64,000 bases of DNA from Escherichia phage PhaxI: sequence record JN673056; one strand, written 5' to 3'. Below are positions 19,087 to 28,673 of this stretch, in pieces. A program made the translations under genes and the position numbers. Positions within the stretch are counted from its first letter, which is position 1. Every line of letters starts with the position of its first letter. Below the pieces are notes generated by a model. That model ran no database searches, was not told where the DNA came from, and was given only the letters and a program-made list of their open reading frames with translations.

Positions 19087-21105
19087 TTAGAAAATGACTT
19101 TTACAGTACGGTTAAACGCGCCGGACACTTTGACGAACACGTGGTTGCGTTGCGTCGTCGAGAATCCCAGACCGGACAGTTGGTTTTCATTCGGCTGGAC
19201 TTTCATTTTACTACCCAACATTTCAAAAACCTTACGATGTTTATCCAGTTCCGGCTTCAGATATTCGTTGTAGAAACCACGAGTACCTTCAGGATTAGCA
19301 CAGCCTTCCAGGATGAAGAACACGTGCTTGTTGCCTGTCTGCTCGCCATCCCAATGGTTTGGTGAGTTCAGGACCAGCTGTACTTTCTGGAAGGTCGCAG
19401 TCTTGATACCCCAAACTTCTTTAGACTTATCAACATTAGCCAGTTCGGACTTAATGCCAACAACTTGTTTGTCTTTAACAGTCAAGATGACTGCGGTGAT
19501 ACGTCCCTGATCTTTCAGGCCAGGATGGCTGAAACGATGCGTTGCGCCTTTGTATTCTACTTCGACTTCAAACCCTTCGTCGATTTTTTCACGTTGATTG
19601 TAGTTGTGGATTTCGAAACGGTATTCACCATCGCGCAGCTTGCTTTCATCTGTAAAGATGATATTTTCCACCGGAGCGCGGTTTGGATCAATACCATCCA
19701 TACCGTTCATATCGATATCCAGATGGGCACCTGTCATAGAGCGGCGATCGCGGAAGTAAACGTGCTCCATGTTGTTGAACATATGCAGATCGAGGTCGTC
19801 GTTATTGTGCCACGCCAAGGAAACGCGCAGATACCCGTCAACTTTACCGCCAGCAGCCTTTACACGTTCTTTAATGGAATCGGTCACTTCACCGTTGTAA
19901 GACCAGGAGAACCCGTTGTTCCACTTGAACAGGTTAGGCGCATCTGGGTTCGCCGGAGCAACCAGGGACATCAGGTTGCTAGTATGAGAATTCTCTACAA
20001 GCACTTCCATTGAATGCGCTTTTGGCAGAACATTGCTCAGGAAATCATCAACGCTGATCTCTTCAACTTTTTCCAGGGACTTGGTCGGAGTTTTCACTTC
20101 GGCGGCCAGCTGTGCAAACGGATCCATCGCTTTCTGAGCAGCCAGATCTGCGAACAGAACGTTGTTGATTGTCAGATCATCGTAAACCGCATAACGACGC
20201 GCCAGTGAGTCTTCCAAACCCAGAGCAATAACTTCTTTCTGAGCGTTTTCGATCATGGATTTTGAAACCAGCGCTGTCGGACGTTTGTAGTTCGCCGGAG
20301 CAACTTTGGATTCAAACGATTTAACAGCCTTTTCCAGTTCCACGCCTTCACTGATATCTGTCAGCAGAGTGCCGATAACTGTGTTGCGGATGCCGTGTGG
20401 AACATGATTGTTTGAACGGTATCCAGTATGCCATGCCCAAAGAGAACGGGCTGATTCGGGGACTTGTTCATATGCCTTTTTGGTTTCAACAAATCCCTTC
20501 ACTGCTGCTTTGTGTTCTGCGCCGCGATACAGAGAATTCTGGTCAATCAGTTCCAGAACGATTTCAGCTGATTCCAGAGTAATTTCACGCAGACCGCGTT
20601 CAAACAATTCAATAGCCTGGCGGATTTCACCTTTTTTCGAAGCGATTGCGTCCGGACGCAGAACATAGCTACCAAGTAATTGGGTATGGAAATGATTGTA
20701 AGTACGGATTTTGCCATCTTCACCAGATTCGTGATTGTGAGACAGGCCGACTTTGGCAGAATCGTTAAAATAAACATCGACGATTGCGTGTTGTTTGACA
20801 TACGCGGAAAGAGCCGCAGCCACCACGTCATATTCATTACCCAGATCAATGTTGTCCCAGATAGAAATTACGTTCAGTTCTGAATCGATGGTGACAACAC
20901 CGCCGATGTTACGGATGAATTGTTTACAGCAGGTGCAATCGTGTTCAGTACGTTCGCGGTACAGCGGGTTAGTACCAGCAGGGAAAGATGCCAGATACAG
21001 ATCCCAAAGAGCATCTTTATCGATATTGGTCATGAACAGACCAGTTGCGGACATCGCCAGCACGTTGTTATTAACTGCCGTTGCGAAGGGTTTGAATTCT
21101 GCCAT
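19087..21105 (-). CDS. large hypothetical protein (672 aa)
   Basis: Long uninterrupted ORF; no Walker or polymerase motifs found by eye. Confidence 0.5.
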   Translation of the reverse strand: MAEFKPFATAVNNNVLAMSATGLFMTNIDKDALWDLYLASFPAGTNPLYRERTEHDCTCCKQFIRNIGGVVTIDSELNVISIWDNIDLGNEYDVVAAALSAYVKQHAIVDVYFNDSAKVGLSHNHESGEDGKIRTYNHFHTQLLGSYVLRPDAIASKKGEIRQAIELFERGLREITLESAEIVLELIDQNSLYRGAEHKAAVKGFVETKKAYEQVPESARSLWAWHTGYRSNNHVPHGIRNTVIGTLLTDISEGVELEKAVKSFESKVAPANYKRPTALVSKSMIENAQKEVIALGLEDSLARRYAVYDDLTINNVLFADLAAQKAMDPFAQLAAEVKTPTKSLEKVEEISVDDFLSNVLPKAHSMEVLVENSHTSNLMSLVAPANPDAPNLFKWNNGFSWSYNGEVTDSIKERVKAAGGKVDGYLRVSLAWHNNDDLDLHMFNNMEHVYFRDRRSMTGAHLDIDMNGMDGIDPNRAPVENIIFTDESKLRDGEYRFEIHNYNQREKIDEGFEVEVEYKGATHRFSHPGLKDQGRITAVILTVKDKQVVGIKSELANVDKSKEVWGIKTATFQKVQLVLNSPNHWDGEQTGNKHVFFILEGCANPEGTRGFYNEYLKPELDKHRKVFEMLGSKMKVQPNENQLSGLGFSTTQRNHVFVKVSGAFNRTVKVIF

Positions 21106-21201
21106 GGTATAGTCTTCCTGTTTCAGTTCAAAGTGAGCGCCCTTATCGGGGCGCGTCGTTAAAGTGAGGTCAATATACGCTGAAAAGATTTATTGAAAAG
21201 T

Positions 21202-21609
21202 TTAAACGGGAATCATGTTTACTCGAATACTTCTGAACTGTTTCCCGTCATAACTGGTGTAACCAACAACCGTAACTGATCTTGTTCCCTTTGGATAACC
21301 CTTTGGAGTACTCACAACGCGCACAGGGCGCTTGCTTTCTTTATCGTATTTCGAAATCAATTTCAAAAGATGTTTATCGATCTGGCTTAAACTATCACCA
21401 TACACGGTATATTGATATTGCTCGCAATTACCCAACAAAATGATAAATTTATAAATTTTGTCGACCAAAGATCGACATTTTGGATCATCATAATGATGCC
21501 GACAGACTTGACATTCATATTTCCCAGTATTCATGTTGAACAATTTTGTCGCCCGACTTGAACACGCTGGGCATACTTTCCATGAACGATGATGTTTTAC
21601 GGGTTTCAT
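21202..21609 (-). CDS. zinc-ribbon protein (135 aa)
   Basis: CPAC...CQVC pairs near N-terminus. Confidence 0.4.
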   Translation of the reverse strand: MKPVKHHRSWKVCPACSSRATKLFNMNTGKYECQVCRHHYDDPKCRSLVDKIYKFIILLGNCEQYQYTVYGDSLSQIDKHLLKLISKYDKESKRPVRVVSTPKGYPKGTRSVTVVGYTSYDGKQFRSIRVNMIPV

Positions 21610-22832
21610 TTTTTCATCTTCTCTAACAGATTAATAGAACGAACGGGAGTCTTCTGTAATGGCTGATTAACTTCACCACCATTATACCCCACCTTTCCTC
21701 GAGGTTTCTCCCCGCGCATCACCGCCTCAACGCAGCGGGTATATTTCTGAAGTTCACAGAACATGTTCTCCAACTGCATAACATTCATGCAACGGTCTTC
21801 CGGTTCTTCTGCCGACCAAAATTCATTACGTTTATACCCGTACTGAGCGAACAATTGATCTTGATGATCACGAACCCAGAATATGCATTCTTCATGCGTC
21901 ATGCCGTCCTTGTCCAAAAATAACAGATCGATACCAGCACGGCAACCTGGACCAGCGATAGTGAAGTGGTTTTCACTGAATGGATATTCATCGATGTATG
22001 TAAAATCAACCCAAATCTGGTATGCCAAGAATGGTCCAAGCCCCTCAATGTCGTCATACATCGCCTGGTAAACAGAGTCGGGACGGCTAAATTCCCTGAG
22101 GCGATCAAAGTAATGAGGGTGTTTGTTGACGAATGCCTTCAAAGAGCGGATGACTCGCATCGGCATGTATGGTTCCCAGCCTTCTATTTTGTATTCACCA
22201 GGATTATCTTCGGCCAGCTTCTTGGCAACCTTGTAATCCATTTCATCTATAACACCGCCAACCCGATGGACTTTTACCTTCATGCCGCCAAAGCGTTGCT
22301 CCTTGTGGTTGACAACTAGTTCAGGGAAAGCCAGGCATTGTTTCAGACCGCCTGTATTAAACGCATTGGTGAAAACTTTGCCACCTTTAGATTCGAATTC
22401 CTGAAGAACATCTCGACACCATTCAAGATTTATGTTTCCGAATTCTTCGATCGTCCATGGACCACCCAAAGCCTGTATAGGTTCCCACATGTTGTACATG
22501 CGGAACAATACACAGTTGAACATTTTGTCAGATAGCGTGAGATCCTGATCGAGGATGATATTATTGATCAAATTTCGAGACTGCCTATCGTGCTCTCTCC
22601 GGACGTTACAGAACTTGACCTGCCGTAGTATGGGATTATCCGTCCAAGGAGCAGGAAGACGCTGGACGTCCTTTCTCACGTGGATCTTATAACGCTCGCT
22701 CATCCATTCGTATGCGAGTTGTTTATGGAATGGGCTTAACATGGGATGTGCAGATTTAATTTTAACTTCCCGAACACCGCAATAAGGAATGTCACACGGT
22801 TTATCTTTCATGGTATCCTCTCTAGAATACAA
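21606..22832 (-). CDS. hypothetical protein (408 aa)
   Basis: Long ORF overlapping downstream gene start; no motif recognised. Confidence 0.45.
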   Translation of the reverse strand: MYSREDTMKDKPCDIPYCGVREVKIKSAHPMLSPFHKQLAYEWMSERYKIHVRKDVQRLPAPWTDNPILRQVKFCNVRREHDRQSRNLINNIILDQDLTLSDKMFNCVLFRMYNMWEPIQALGGPWTIEEFGNINLEWCRDVLQEFESKGGKVFTNAFNTGGLKQCLAFPELVVNHKEQRFGGMKVKVHRVGGVIDEMDYKVAKKLAEDNPGEYKIEGWEPYMPMRVIRSLKAFVNKHPHYFDRLREFSRPDSVYQAMYDDIEGLGPFLAYQIWVDFTYIDEYPFSENHFTIAGPGCRAGIDLLFLDKDGMTHEECIFWVRDHQDQLFAQYGYKRNEFWSAEEPEDRCMNVMQLENMFCELQKYTRCVEAVMRGEKPRGKVGYNGGEVNQPLQKTPVRSINLLEKMKK

Positions 22833-22833
22833 A

Positions 22834-22860
22834 AAACAGAGGCCATTATAGCCTCTGTTG
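22834..22860. terminator. bidirectional terminator hairpin (ACAGAGGC-CATTATA-GCCTCTGT)
   Basis: 8-bp stem, A6 upstream and T-rich downstream on plus strand (T6 on minus); between genes 22882-23838 and 21606-22832. Confidence 0.6.
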
Positions 22861-22881
22861 TTTAGTGAATAACGGATTATA

Positions 22882-23838
22882 TTAATCGAAGCGAGAGAGG
22901 TGTGTCACAGTGTTTTGAACAGGTGCGCACGCGTATACACGAACATTAGCACCCCACACCCCACACAGCTTAGGCATATTGGTATCGTTAATGATATACG
23001 CTGGCACATAACTTTCAATTTGGCCGTTAACATCTACGGGTCGAGAAGATTTTTCAACTGCCATAGAAAGAATTATTTCCAACGTTTTTGGAGATACCAA
23101 ACGCCACGCCGTCAAATCATCAACAAATACCTGACCTTCTTCAATTGCCATGCTGGCAACGATGTCATTGATCTGACGGGAAGGGGTATTCGTCAGCATA
23201 TCAGAGAAATCAGGCTCTTTGAACACAGCCATGTTTTTCAGGAATTTTCCTTTCGGATATTCTTTGCCATTCCACATCACAGTCTCATTCACTTTGATGC
23301 ATGCCTGAGGGAATTCACCTTCAACGCGTAACTGGCCAACTGGGAAACCGCGTGAATAATAATATTCCAGTGCCGGACCGACTTCATCTTCTGAGCGAAT
23401 AAATTTGCTCATGTTGGAGGCATAAACACGCTGCAAGCACTCATCGCCGTTGAAACCAGCAATGTGTGCCACGCCGTCATTGACTGTTGTGATGTCGCCC
23501 TGAGCGTCCAAAATCTGGCGCATAATGTCTTTGATGTCGACAACAGCAGGTTCTTTCAGGACTCGCGGAGATGCAGTGAACTCAATTTTCACCTCGTGGT
23601 CGAAATAAGCCGCTTCCAGTAATTCGCGGGTCTCTTCCAGAACCAGTTTGGCCTGATTGCGAATTTTACCGAAGTCAGGGGCTGTAATATCTCCAGCCGC
23701 ATTACCAAAAGCCAAATTCAGTCTCACGTTTTTATTAAATGTAGTTGTCATAATATAGCGACTCCAGTTATTCAATTTTTGCCCGACTTGGGCGAATGGT
23801 GTATTTTGGAACCAGTTTCCACTCTGAAACTTGGTCAT
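22882..23838 (-). CDS. hypothetical protein (318 aa)
   Basis: Long ORF; no motif recognised. Confidence 0.45.
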   Translation of the reverse strand: MTKFQSGNWFQNTPFAQVGQKLNNWSRYIMTTTFNKNVRLNLAFGNAAGDITAPDFGKIRNQAKLVLEETRELLEAAYFDHEVKIEFTASPRVLKEPAVVDIKDIMRQILDAQGDITTVNDGVAHIAGFNGDECLQRVYASNMSKFIRSEDEVGPALEYYYSRGFPVGQLRVEGEFPQACIKVNETVMWNGKEYPKGKFLKNMAVFKEPDFSDMLTNTPSRQINDIVASMAIEEGQVFVDDLTAWRLVSPKTLEIILSMAVEKSSRPVDVNGQIESYVPAYIINDTNMPKLCGVWGANVRVYACAPVQNTVTHLSRFD

Positions 23839-24232
23839 GTTTTACAACTTTGATCCGAGACATGTCAGCCACTTCGGTTATTTGTTCCGGATGCAAGATC
23901 TTAACCATATTCCATTGCTCCAGAAGCCGTATAATCCGATTCATACGCAGGACATCTTCACGCGTAAAGCCGTTATAGTGCCCATCTAGCATGAACAAAT
24001 GCTTGAAATGCACGATGTGATATCTGCCAAATTTATGCAGGATATGGCACGTTTGATACAAGGTGTTAGGCTCTTGACGAGTGTTAACCCCTATCCGACT
24101 CAGCGTTTCCTTGATACCCAGGAAAATCCCTGGTTTGTCTTGGTTCAATTGAACTTCAACCATACAGTCAACAATGCTGGCCTCATCGTTGACAGCTGAA
24201 AGTTTTAAGATGTCCAGCGTATTACGCGCCAT
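23768..24232 (-). CDS. regA: RegA-like translational repressor
   Basis: GIKETLSRIGVNTRQEPNTLYQTCHILHKFGRYHIVHFKHLFMLDG and EWKLVPKYTI match remembered T4 RegA (VKETLTRMGI..LYQSCHILQKKGLYYIVHFKEMLRMDG, EWKLVPKYTI); same position after gp62 as in T4; possible internal start at MVEVQ (24163). Confidence 0.75.
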   Translation of the reverse strand: MARNTLDILKLSAVNDEASIVDCMVEVQLNQDKPGIFLGIKETLSRIGVNTRQEPNTLYQTCHILHKFGRYHIVHFKHLFMLDGHYNGFTREDVLRMNRIIRLLEQWNMVKILHPEQITEVADMSRIKVVKHDQVSEWKLVPKYTIRPSRAKIE

Positions 24233-24261
24233 GACTCATACCCCTTTAACAATTATTTGAA

Positions 24262-24684
24262 TTACTTAGCCTTGCGCGGTTTGGCTTTTTCGTTGCTGTT
24301 GGAACGTTCGACCTTCGCCTTGATTTCAGCCAGGACTTCTTTCGGCAGGAATCGAACATATTCTGAAGCCTTTTCAGGACTGATGTAATAATACTCAGAA
24401 ATCAATTTCACATCAGGATCCATAGCTCCCTTCTTAGACCACTTGCCATAGCGACGTTTTGCCGGAATGCTATGAAACGCCAGGTTCCATTGCATCCAAG
24501 GAGTAATGGCATGAAAGCGGTTCATTTGTTCAGCAACCACAAGCGTGTCTTTACTCTGGGCAAGGCCGCGCCGAGTCATGAAAGGATCAAAAGCCTTTCT
24601 GATTTCGGGGTCTTCGGTCATCAACAGATTCTCTTTGGTGCTATTCAACGCACCGAGGTAATCGAACAGTGACGGAGCGGCCAT
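24262..24684 (-). CDS. clamp-loader small subunit (T4 gp62-like)
   Basis: Motif AKRRYGKWSKK matches T4 gp62 RGKRYGKWAK; gene order 45-44-62-regA conserved. Confidence 0.6.
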   Translation of the reverse strand: MAAPSLFDYLGALNSTKENLLMTEDPEIRKAFDPFMTRRGLAQSKDTLVVAEQMNRFHAITPWMQWNLAFHSIPAKRRYGKWSKKGAMDPDVKLISEYYYISPEKASEYVRFLPKEVLAEIKAKVERSNSNEKAKPRKAK

Positions 24685-24688
24685 AATA

Positions 24689-25678
24689 TTACTTCCATTT
24701 GATGTTGAGCATGACGTTAGTCAAGAAGTAAACGCCGTGTAACCAGACGTCGCCGACGGAACGATGTTCAATCTGAGACTGACCACAGACGCATACCAGA
24801 TCAGGGATTGACTCGTTTTGAATCAAAGGAGTCTTTTCCTTGTTCTGGGGAACGCAGAAATGGAAGAAACGGGAATAAAAATCTTCAGTGATGTAGTTTT
24901 GGTTGTCGGTCACCCACTGCTTCATCCCAGCCCAATCATTGGTTTTTAGGAAATCCACCAACGCTTGGAATTCCCCTGCTTTAACCTGTGCCAGAGCGCG
25001 TTCATCGATTTTACCAAACGTGGTGGCATTATCCTGAAGAGTTCCCATAATTTTGCGATTATCTGGGAAATATGATTTCACAATGGAAGCAATTACACCA
25101 GCTTCATACGGAATGCCTTCCTCTGTCAGGATAGTTGCGCAACGACGCATGAATTGAAGTTTAACTTCATCTGCTTCCTTTTCAGACCAGATAAAATCAA
25201 TTTCACGACAGCGGGAACGCAGAGGTTCGTTAACGCGCTGTTTCGCATTAGTCGTCAGGATGAAGGAGCAGTTTTTGGAGACTTTCTCTACGATGCCTTT
25301 CAGGGATTCCTGCGCCGCCATGGAAAGTCGCTCAACTTCATCGAGGATAACGACTTTGCGGCCACCGAAAACACTGACGCCAGTTGCGTATTGAATAACA
25401 CGGTCACGGATGACATCAATGCTGTTATCCAGTGACGCATTGATCATCAACGGTTTGATACAACCGATTTCGTTGCAAACAGCCAGAGCAGAAGTAGTCT
25501 TGCCCGTACCAGGCTGAGGGGAATAGAACAGCATTGAGGGGATGTTTCCATTGCCTGATGTAACATAGCCATGGATTTTTGCACGGACGTCTGAAGGGAG
25601 GACGATCTCATCCAGATTGTCAGGGCGATATTTGTTTTCCCACGCGTATTGATCTGTGACGATAGTGATGTTAGACAT
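24689..25678 (-). CDS. clamp-loader ATPase subunit (T4 gp44-like, RFC family)
   Basis: AAA+ motifs: KYRP box (ENKYRPDNLDE), Walker A PQPGTGKTT, Walker B ILDEVE, sensor SRC (LRSRCREI). Confidence 0.85.
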   Translation of the reverse strand: MSNITIVTDQYAWENKYRPDNLDEIVLPSDVRAKIHGYVTSGNGNIPSMLFYSPQPGTGKTTSALAVCNEIGCIKPLMINASLDNSIDVIRDRVIQYATGVSVFGGRKVVILDEVERLSMAAQESLKGIVEKVSKNCSFILTTNAKQRVNEPLRSRCREIDFIWSEKEADEVKLQFMRRCATILTEEGIPYEAGVIASIVKSYFPDNRKIMGTLQDNATTFGKIDERALAQVKAGEFQALVDFLKTNDWAGMKQWVTDNQNYITEDFYSRFFHFCVPQNKEKTPLIQNESIPDLVCVCGQSQIEHRSVGDVWLHGVYFLTNVMLNIKWK

Positions 25679-25707
25679 TGCAGCCTCTTTAGATAAAACG
25701 TTTCAAA

Positions 25708-25725
25708 GGGCGGGGAAACCCCGCC
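25708..25725 (-). terminator. GC hairpin (GGCGGGG-TTT-CCCCGCC) between gp45 stop and gp44 start, followed by CTTTGAAACG
   Basis: Perfect 7-bp stem; same hairpin-plus-TTTGAAA architecture as cassettes at 13.4 and 14.0 kb. Confidence 0.5.
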
Positions 25726-25755
25726 ACCGATAATAAAGCGCTGAATCGTTATTGA

Positions 25756-26424
25756 TTAATCCAGCTGCATGCCGACGTAATAGTTGATGGTGCCGTCTGC
25801 GGATTGGAAGTTAACCAGTTGCATTTCGGCACAGGCGCGGATCACGTAGTTTCCTTCGATCATTTTCAGGTTGACCACATCAACAGGCATAGCAAAATCG
25901 CCCAGAGTTGTTTCGCCCAATTCAACAGTGTAATCGTTGGAATTATCGATAGTAGTGGTCGTGCCTACCAGACGAGTTTTACCGCCGCTGGCAACCAGAC
26001 GTACAGTTTTGTGGCCCAGAGTAGAACAGGCGCGGGTCAGCTCTTTCATTTTTTCAGGAGTGACCGTTGCTTCGAATTCTACAGACGGGAGATCGATGCT
26101 GTCTGCTGGAACGACCGTCAATTCTTTAGCGGAACGCCAGAATTGCAGTTGGGAGTTTTCACCTTTCAGCAAAATGTGGTCTTCTGACATTTCAATTTTA
26201 CCGCCTTTGAAACTCGGAAGACGCTGGATTGCCAGCAGTTTGGTGAGATCTAGAATCGGGAATTCGAACGGGAAGTCTTCGTCGATATCAGCGATAGCGA
26301 TAACTGTACTGGAATCGTTAACGGTGCGCAGCTTTTTACCAGGTGCCAGAACGATAGAGGGGCAGATGGTTTCAAAGTTAGCCAGCAGTTGTAAAGTGCG
26401 TTCGGAGAGAGTGATCTCTTGCAT
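25756..26424 (-). CDS. sliding clamp (T4 gp45-like)
   Basis: 222 aa, immediately upstream of clamp loader genes in T4 order; size and synteny; no catalytic motif expected. Confidence 0.6.
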   Translation of the reverse strand: MQEITLSERTLQLLANFETICPSIVLAPGKKLRTVNDSSTVIAIADIDEDFPFEFPILDLTKLLAIQRLPSFKGGKIEMSEDHILLKGENSQLQFWRSAKELTVVPADSIDLPSVEFEATVTPEKMKELTRACSTLGHKTVRLVASGGKTRLVGTTTTIDNSNDYTVELGETTLGDFAMPVDVVNLKMIEGNYVIRACAEMQLVNFQSADGTINYYVGMQLD

Positions 26425-26761
26425 TGTTTATATCCTCAAAATATAGTGGGGTTCAAGTCATGTTTGACGCAAATTAGTATCGCGTGTTTGCAGTTATAGA
26501 ACAAGTGTTAAAATGCCCTACGCGCGATAAATAAATGCCTGACGGCATTTATAGTATTCTGTTTTAATAAAAACCTTTCTTTATCAGTCTACTCGCTTCG
26601 CTCGTGATAATACTCGTTGCTCGCAAAGCTCACAACTCGTATATTACGCACGGATTGTTCAACAAGAAAGCGATTTTTATTCAACTAGCAAAATAATTTA
26701 TTTGGTCTAAACACAGCATGAGATTATTATGTAGTTATGTTTACTAACAAGAGAGTGATAT

Positions 26762-27139
26762 ATGAAACAATTCGTGGGTTTATATGCAGTGGGGGAAGTT
26801 CAAGAATCCAACCTTTCAATGTCTTCAATGTTGGCAGAAGCACAACCGACATTGAAAGGTGTTTACTTACACAGCCTCTATCGCACTTCTAAGTTTGTTG
26901 TGACACCAATGATGGTGATTCCGTTACTGCCAGACACCAAAGGTCTGTATATCGGCATTATCCAACAAGGACAGGCGCGGGAAGTGAAAGTCATCCCGCT
27001 GATGGAATCTAATGAAGAACTGATGAGTCAGATTCTTGAGCCGGAAGTTCTACAACAATGCGTCAACACGATGGGTTGTTTGTTCGGTTCTAACAAAGAC
27101 GGCGAGGCAACCCCCGCCTATGTGAATCAAGATAAATGA
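26762..27139 (+). CDS. hypothetical protein (125 aa), plus-strand
   Basis: ATG 26762 after long AT-rich noncoding region; convergent with uvsW. Confidence 0.4.
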   Translation: MKQFVGLYAVGEVQESNLSMSSMLAEAQPTLKGVYLHSLYRTSKFVVTPMMVIPLLPDTKGLYIGIIQQGQAREVKVIPLMESNEELMSQILEPEVLQQCVNTMGCLFGSNKDGEATPAYVNQDK

Positions 27140-27141
27140 AT

Positions 27142-28647
27142 TTATTGGAGCGATACTTTCTTCATTTGTACAGGGTGTCGCTCCATAAGATAAAATTTAT
27201 ATCTCTCATGTGAATGTCTAAGGGCATGGTTGTACGAAAATCCTTTGTAACGCAAGTTGTCTACTAAATCCCAGATCTTGGCAACATCCTTTGAAGAGTG
27301 CTGGCGCATGAGACGCCCTAAAGTCTGTATGACACGGATATAGGATTTACTCGGGTGTGCCAATATCAGATGATGAAGTTTTTTGATCGACACGCCTTGC
27401 TGCATGGTTCCATATGACGCCAACAGTGTTATATCTTCACCCTCTTCCATCGCTGCCTGAATTTGTTTACGAACTTCTGTCTTAACTTCGCCGTTGATGA
27501 CAAATACGTTTTTCTTAACGGCTGAAAGCATTTCATAAACAATCATCATATGGGCGTCAATGCGTTCGAACATGACGGCCACGTTACCTTTCAAAGACAA
27601 TGCCATTCTGGCTATTAACTCGTTTCGACGTTCATTCGCTATGAGGAATTCTATTTCCTTTTGATACTCAGCACCATGCATTTCTATACAATCCGCCATG
27701 GGATGTATGACTTCAATCATGTTGACATGGATATCTGTGGCATAACCAAGATTGATCAAATCACGCGCTGTAATAATTTTATGATATGCACCAAAGTGAG
27801 CAACGACTTGTAACCCTGCGACCTTTGTATTCGCCAGAGTTCCAGTTACACCCAAACGTTGGTCAGCGTTAATACAGTTGTTCAGGATATAAGATAGCTT
27901 TTCAGATTTAGATGTGTGTACTTCGTCGACAACAATATCCCCAAATTGATGGAACCATTCTTTGGGCTGATTCTGAATTCCCTGCCAAGTGGAAATGACT
28001 ATGGGCTTGAATATATCCTTTGTTGCACCTTCACATATCATCTGGACATTCATCATCGGATTCCAATCTGTCCCGTGGCTGTATTCCTCAAAGTTGTCAT
28101 ACAACTGAGTCACCAAGTGAATGGAAGGTACAACGATCAACGTCTTGAGATTGCTTTCCAGTGCCTCTCTGCGTTGCCTGTAGTAACGCGCCATGATGTA
28201 CAAAATAAACGATTTACCCGCGCTCGTAGCCGCTTCTAGCACGCATCTGGATTGGCGTATTGCTGTGGCCACTGAGTCGAATTGATAGTCACGCACTGTT
28301 GCGATTTGGTATTGCTTGTTTTCATCACGGTAAACAGCGTCAGGAATGATAAATGTATGTATCTCTTCGTCTGGTATATCTTGGATATATTTTAAGGCGG
28401 GATCTAATTTGATGGTGTAACCATTCATCTTACAGAACTTAAACACCTCAAACAACAGACCGATGTCTATAAGGCCAGAACTCTTTGTGAACAAGCGTAC
28501 CACGCCGTCCCATTTACTGAATGGATTTGGTTGGAAATTAGGATCTTCAAATTTGAAGTAATCGTTGAGTTCTTCACGGATATAGTCCTCGGCAAGGATC
28601 CGCATTCTAACTTCGTTCACTTTGACTATTTGGATCTCAGACATCAC
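27142..28647 (-). CDS. uvsW: UvsW-like SF2 recombination/repair helicase
   Basis: Walker A-like TSAGKS, motif II DEVH, motif VI QTLGRLMR; blocks IVVPSIHLVTQ, TWQGIQNQPKEWFHQFG, LLASYGTMQQGVSIKKLHHLILAH match remembered T4 UvsW; length close to the 502 aa remembered for T4. Confidence 0.85.
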   Translation of the reverse strand: MMSEIQIVKVNEVRMRILAEDYIREELNDYFKFEDPNFQPNPFSKWDGVVRLFTKSSGLIDIGLLFEVFKFCKMNGYTIKLDPALKYIQDIPDEEIHTFIIPDAVYRDENKQYQIATVRDYQFDSVATAIRQSRCVLEAATSAGKSFILYIMARYYRQRREALESNLKTLIVVPSIHLVTQLYDNFEEYSHGTDWNPMMNVQMICEGATKDIFKPIVISTWQGIQNQPKEWFHQFGDIVVDEVHTSKSEKLSYILNNCINADQRLGVTGTLANTKVAGLQVVAHFGAYHKIITARDLINLGYATDIHVNMIEVIHPMADCIEMHGAEYQKEIEFLIANERRNELIARMALSLKGNVAVMFERIDAHMMIVYEMLSAVKKNVFVINGEVKTEVRKQIQAAMEEGEDITLLASYGTMQQGVSIKKLHHLILAHPSKSYIRVIQTLGRLMRQHSSKDVAKIWDLVDNLRYKGFSYNHALRHSHERYKFYLMERHPVQMKKVSLQ

Positions 28648-28673
28648 TAATTTCCCCCAATATTATGGAGTAT

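Noticed and set aside
19087-23838. Search for family-B DNA polymerase (gp43) expected after regA
   Set aside because: No YGDTDS, DxxSLYPS or exonuclease motifs in any of the ORFs here; polymerase must lie outside the window.
26440-26462. tRNA-like T-loop sequence GGTTCAAGTC in the noncoding region
   Set aside because: Flanking bases cannot form the T-stem (GTGGG versus CATGT) and no acceptor/anticodon arms are evident; not a tRNA.
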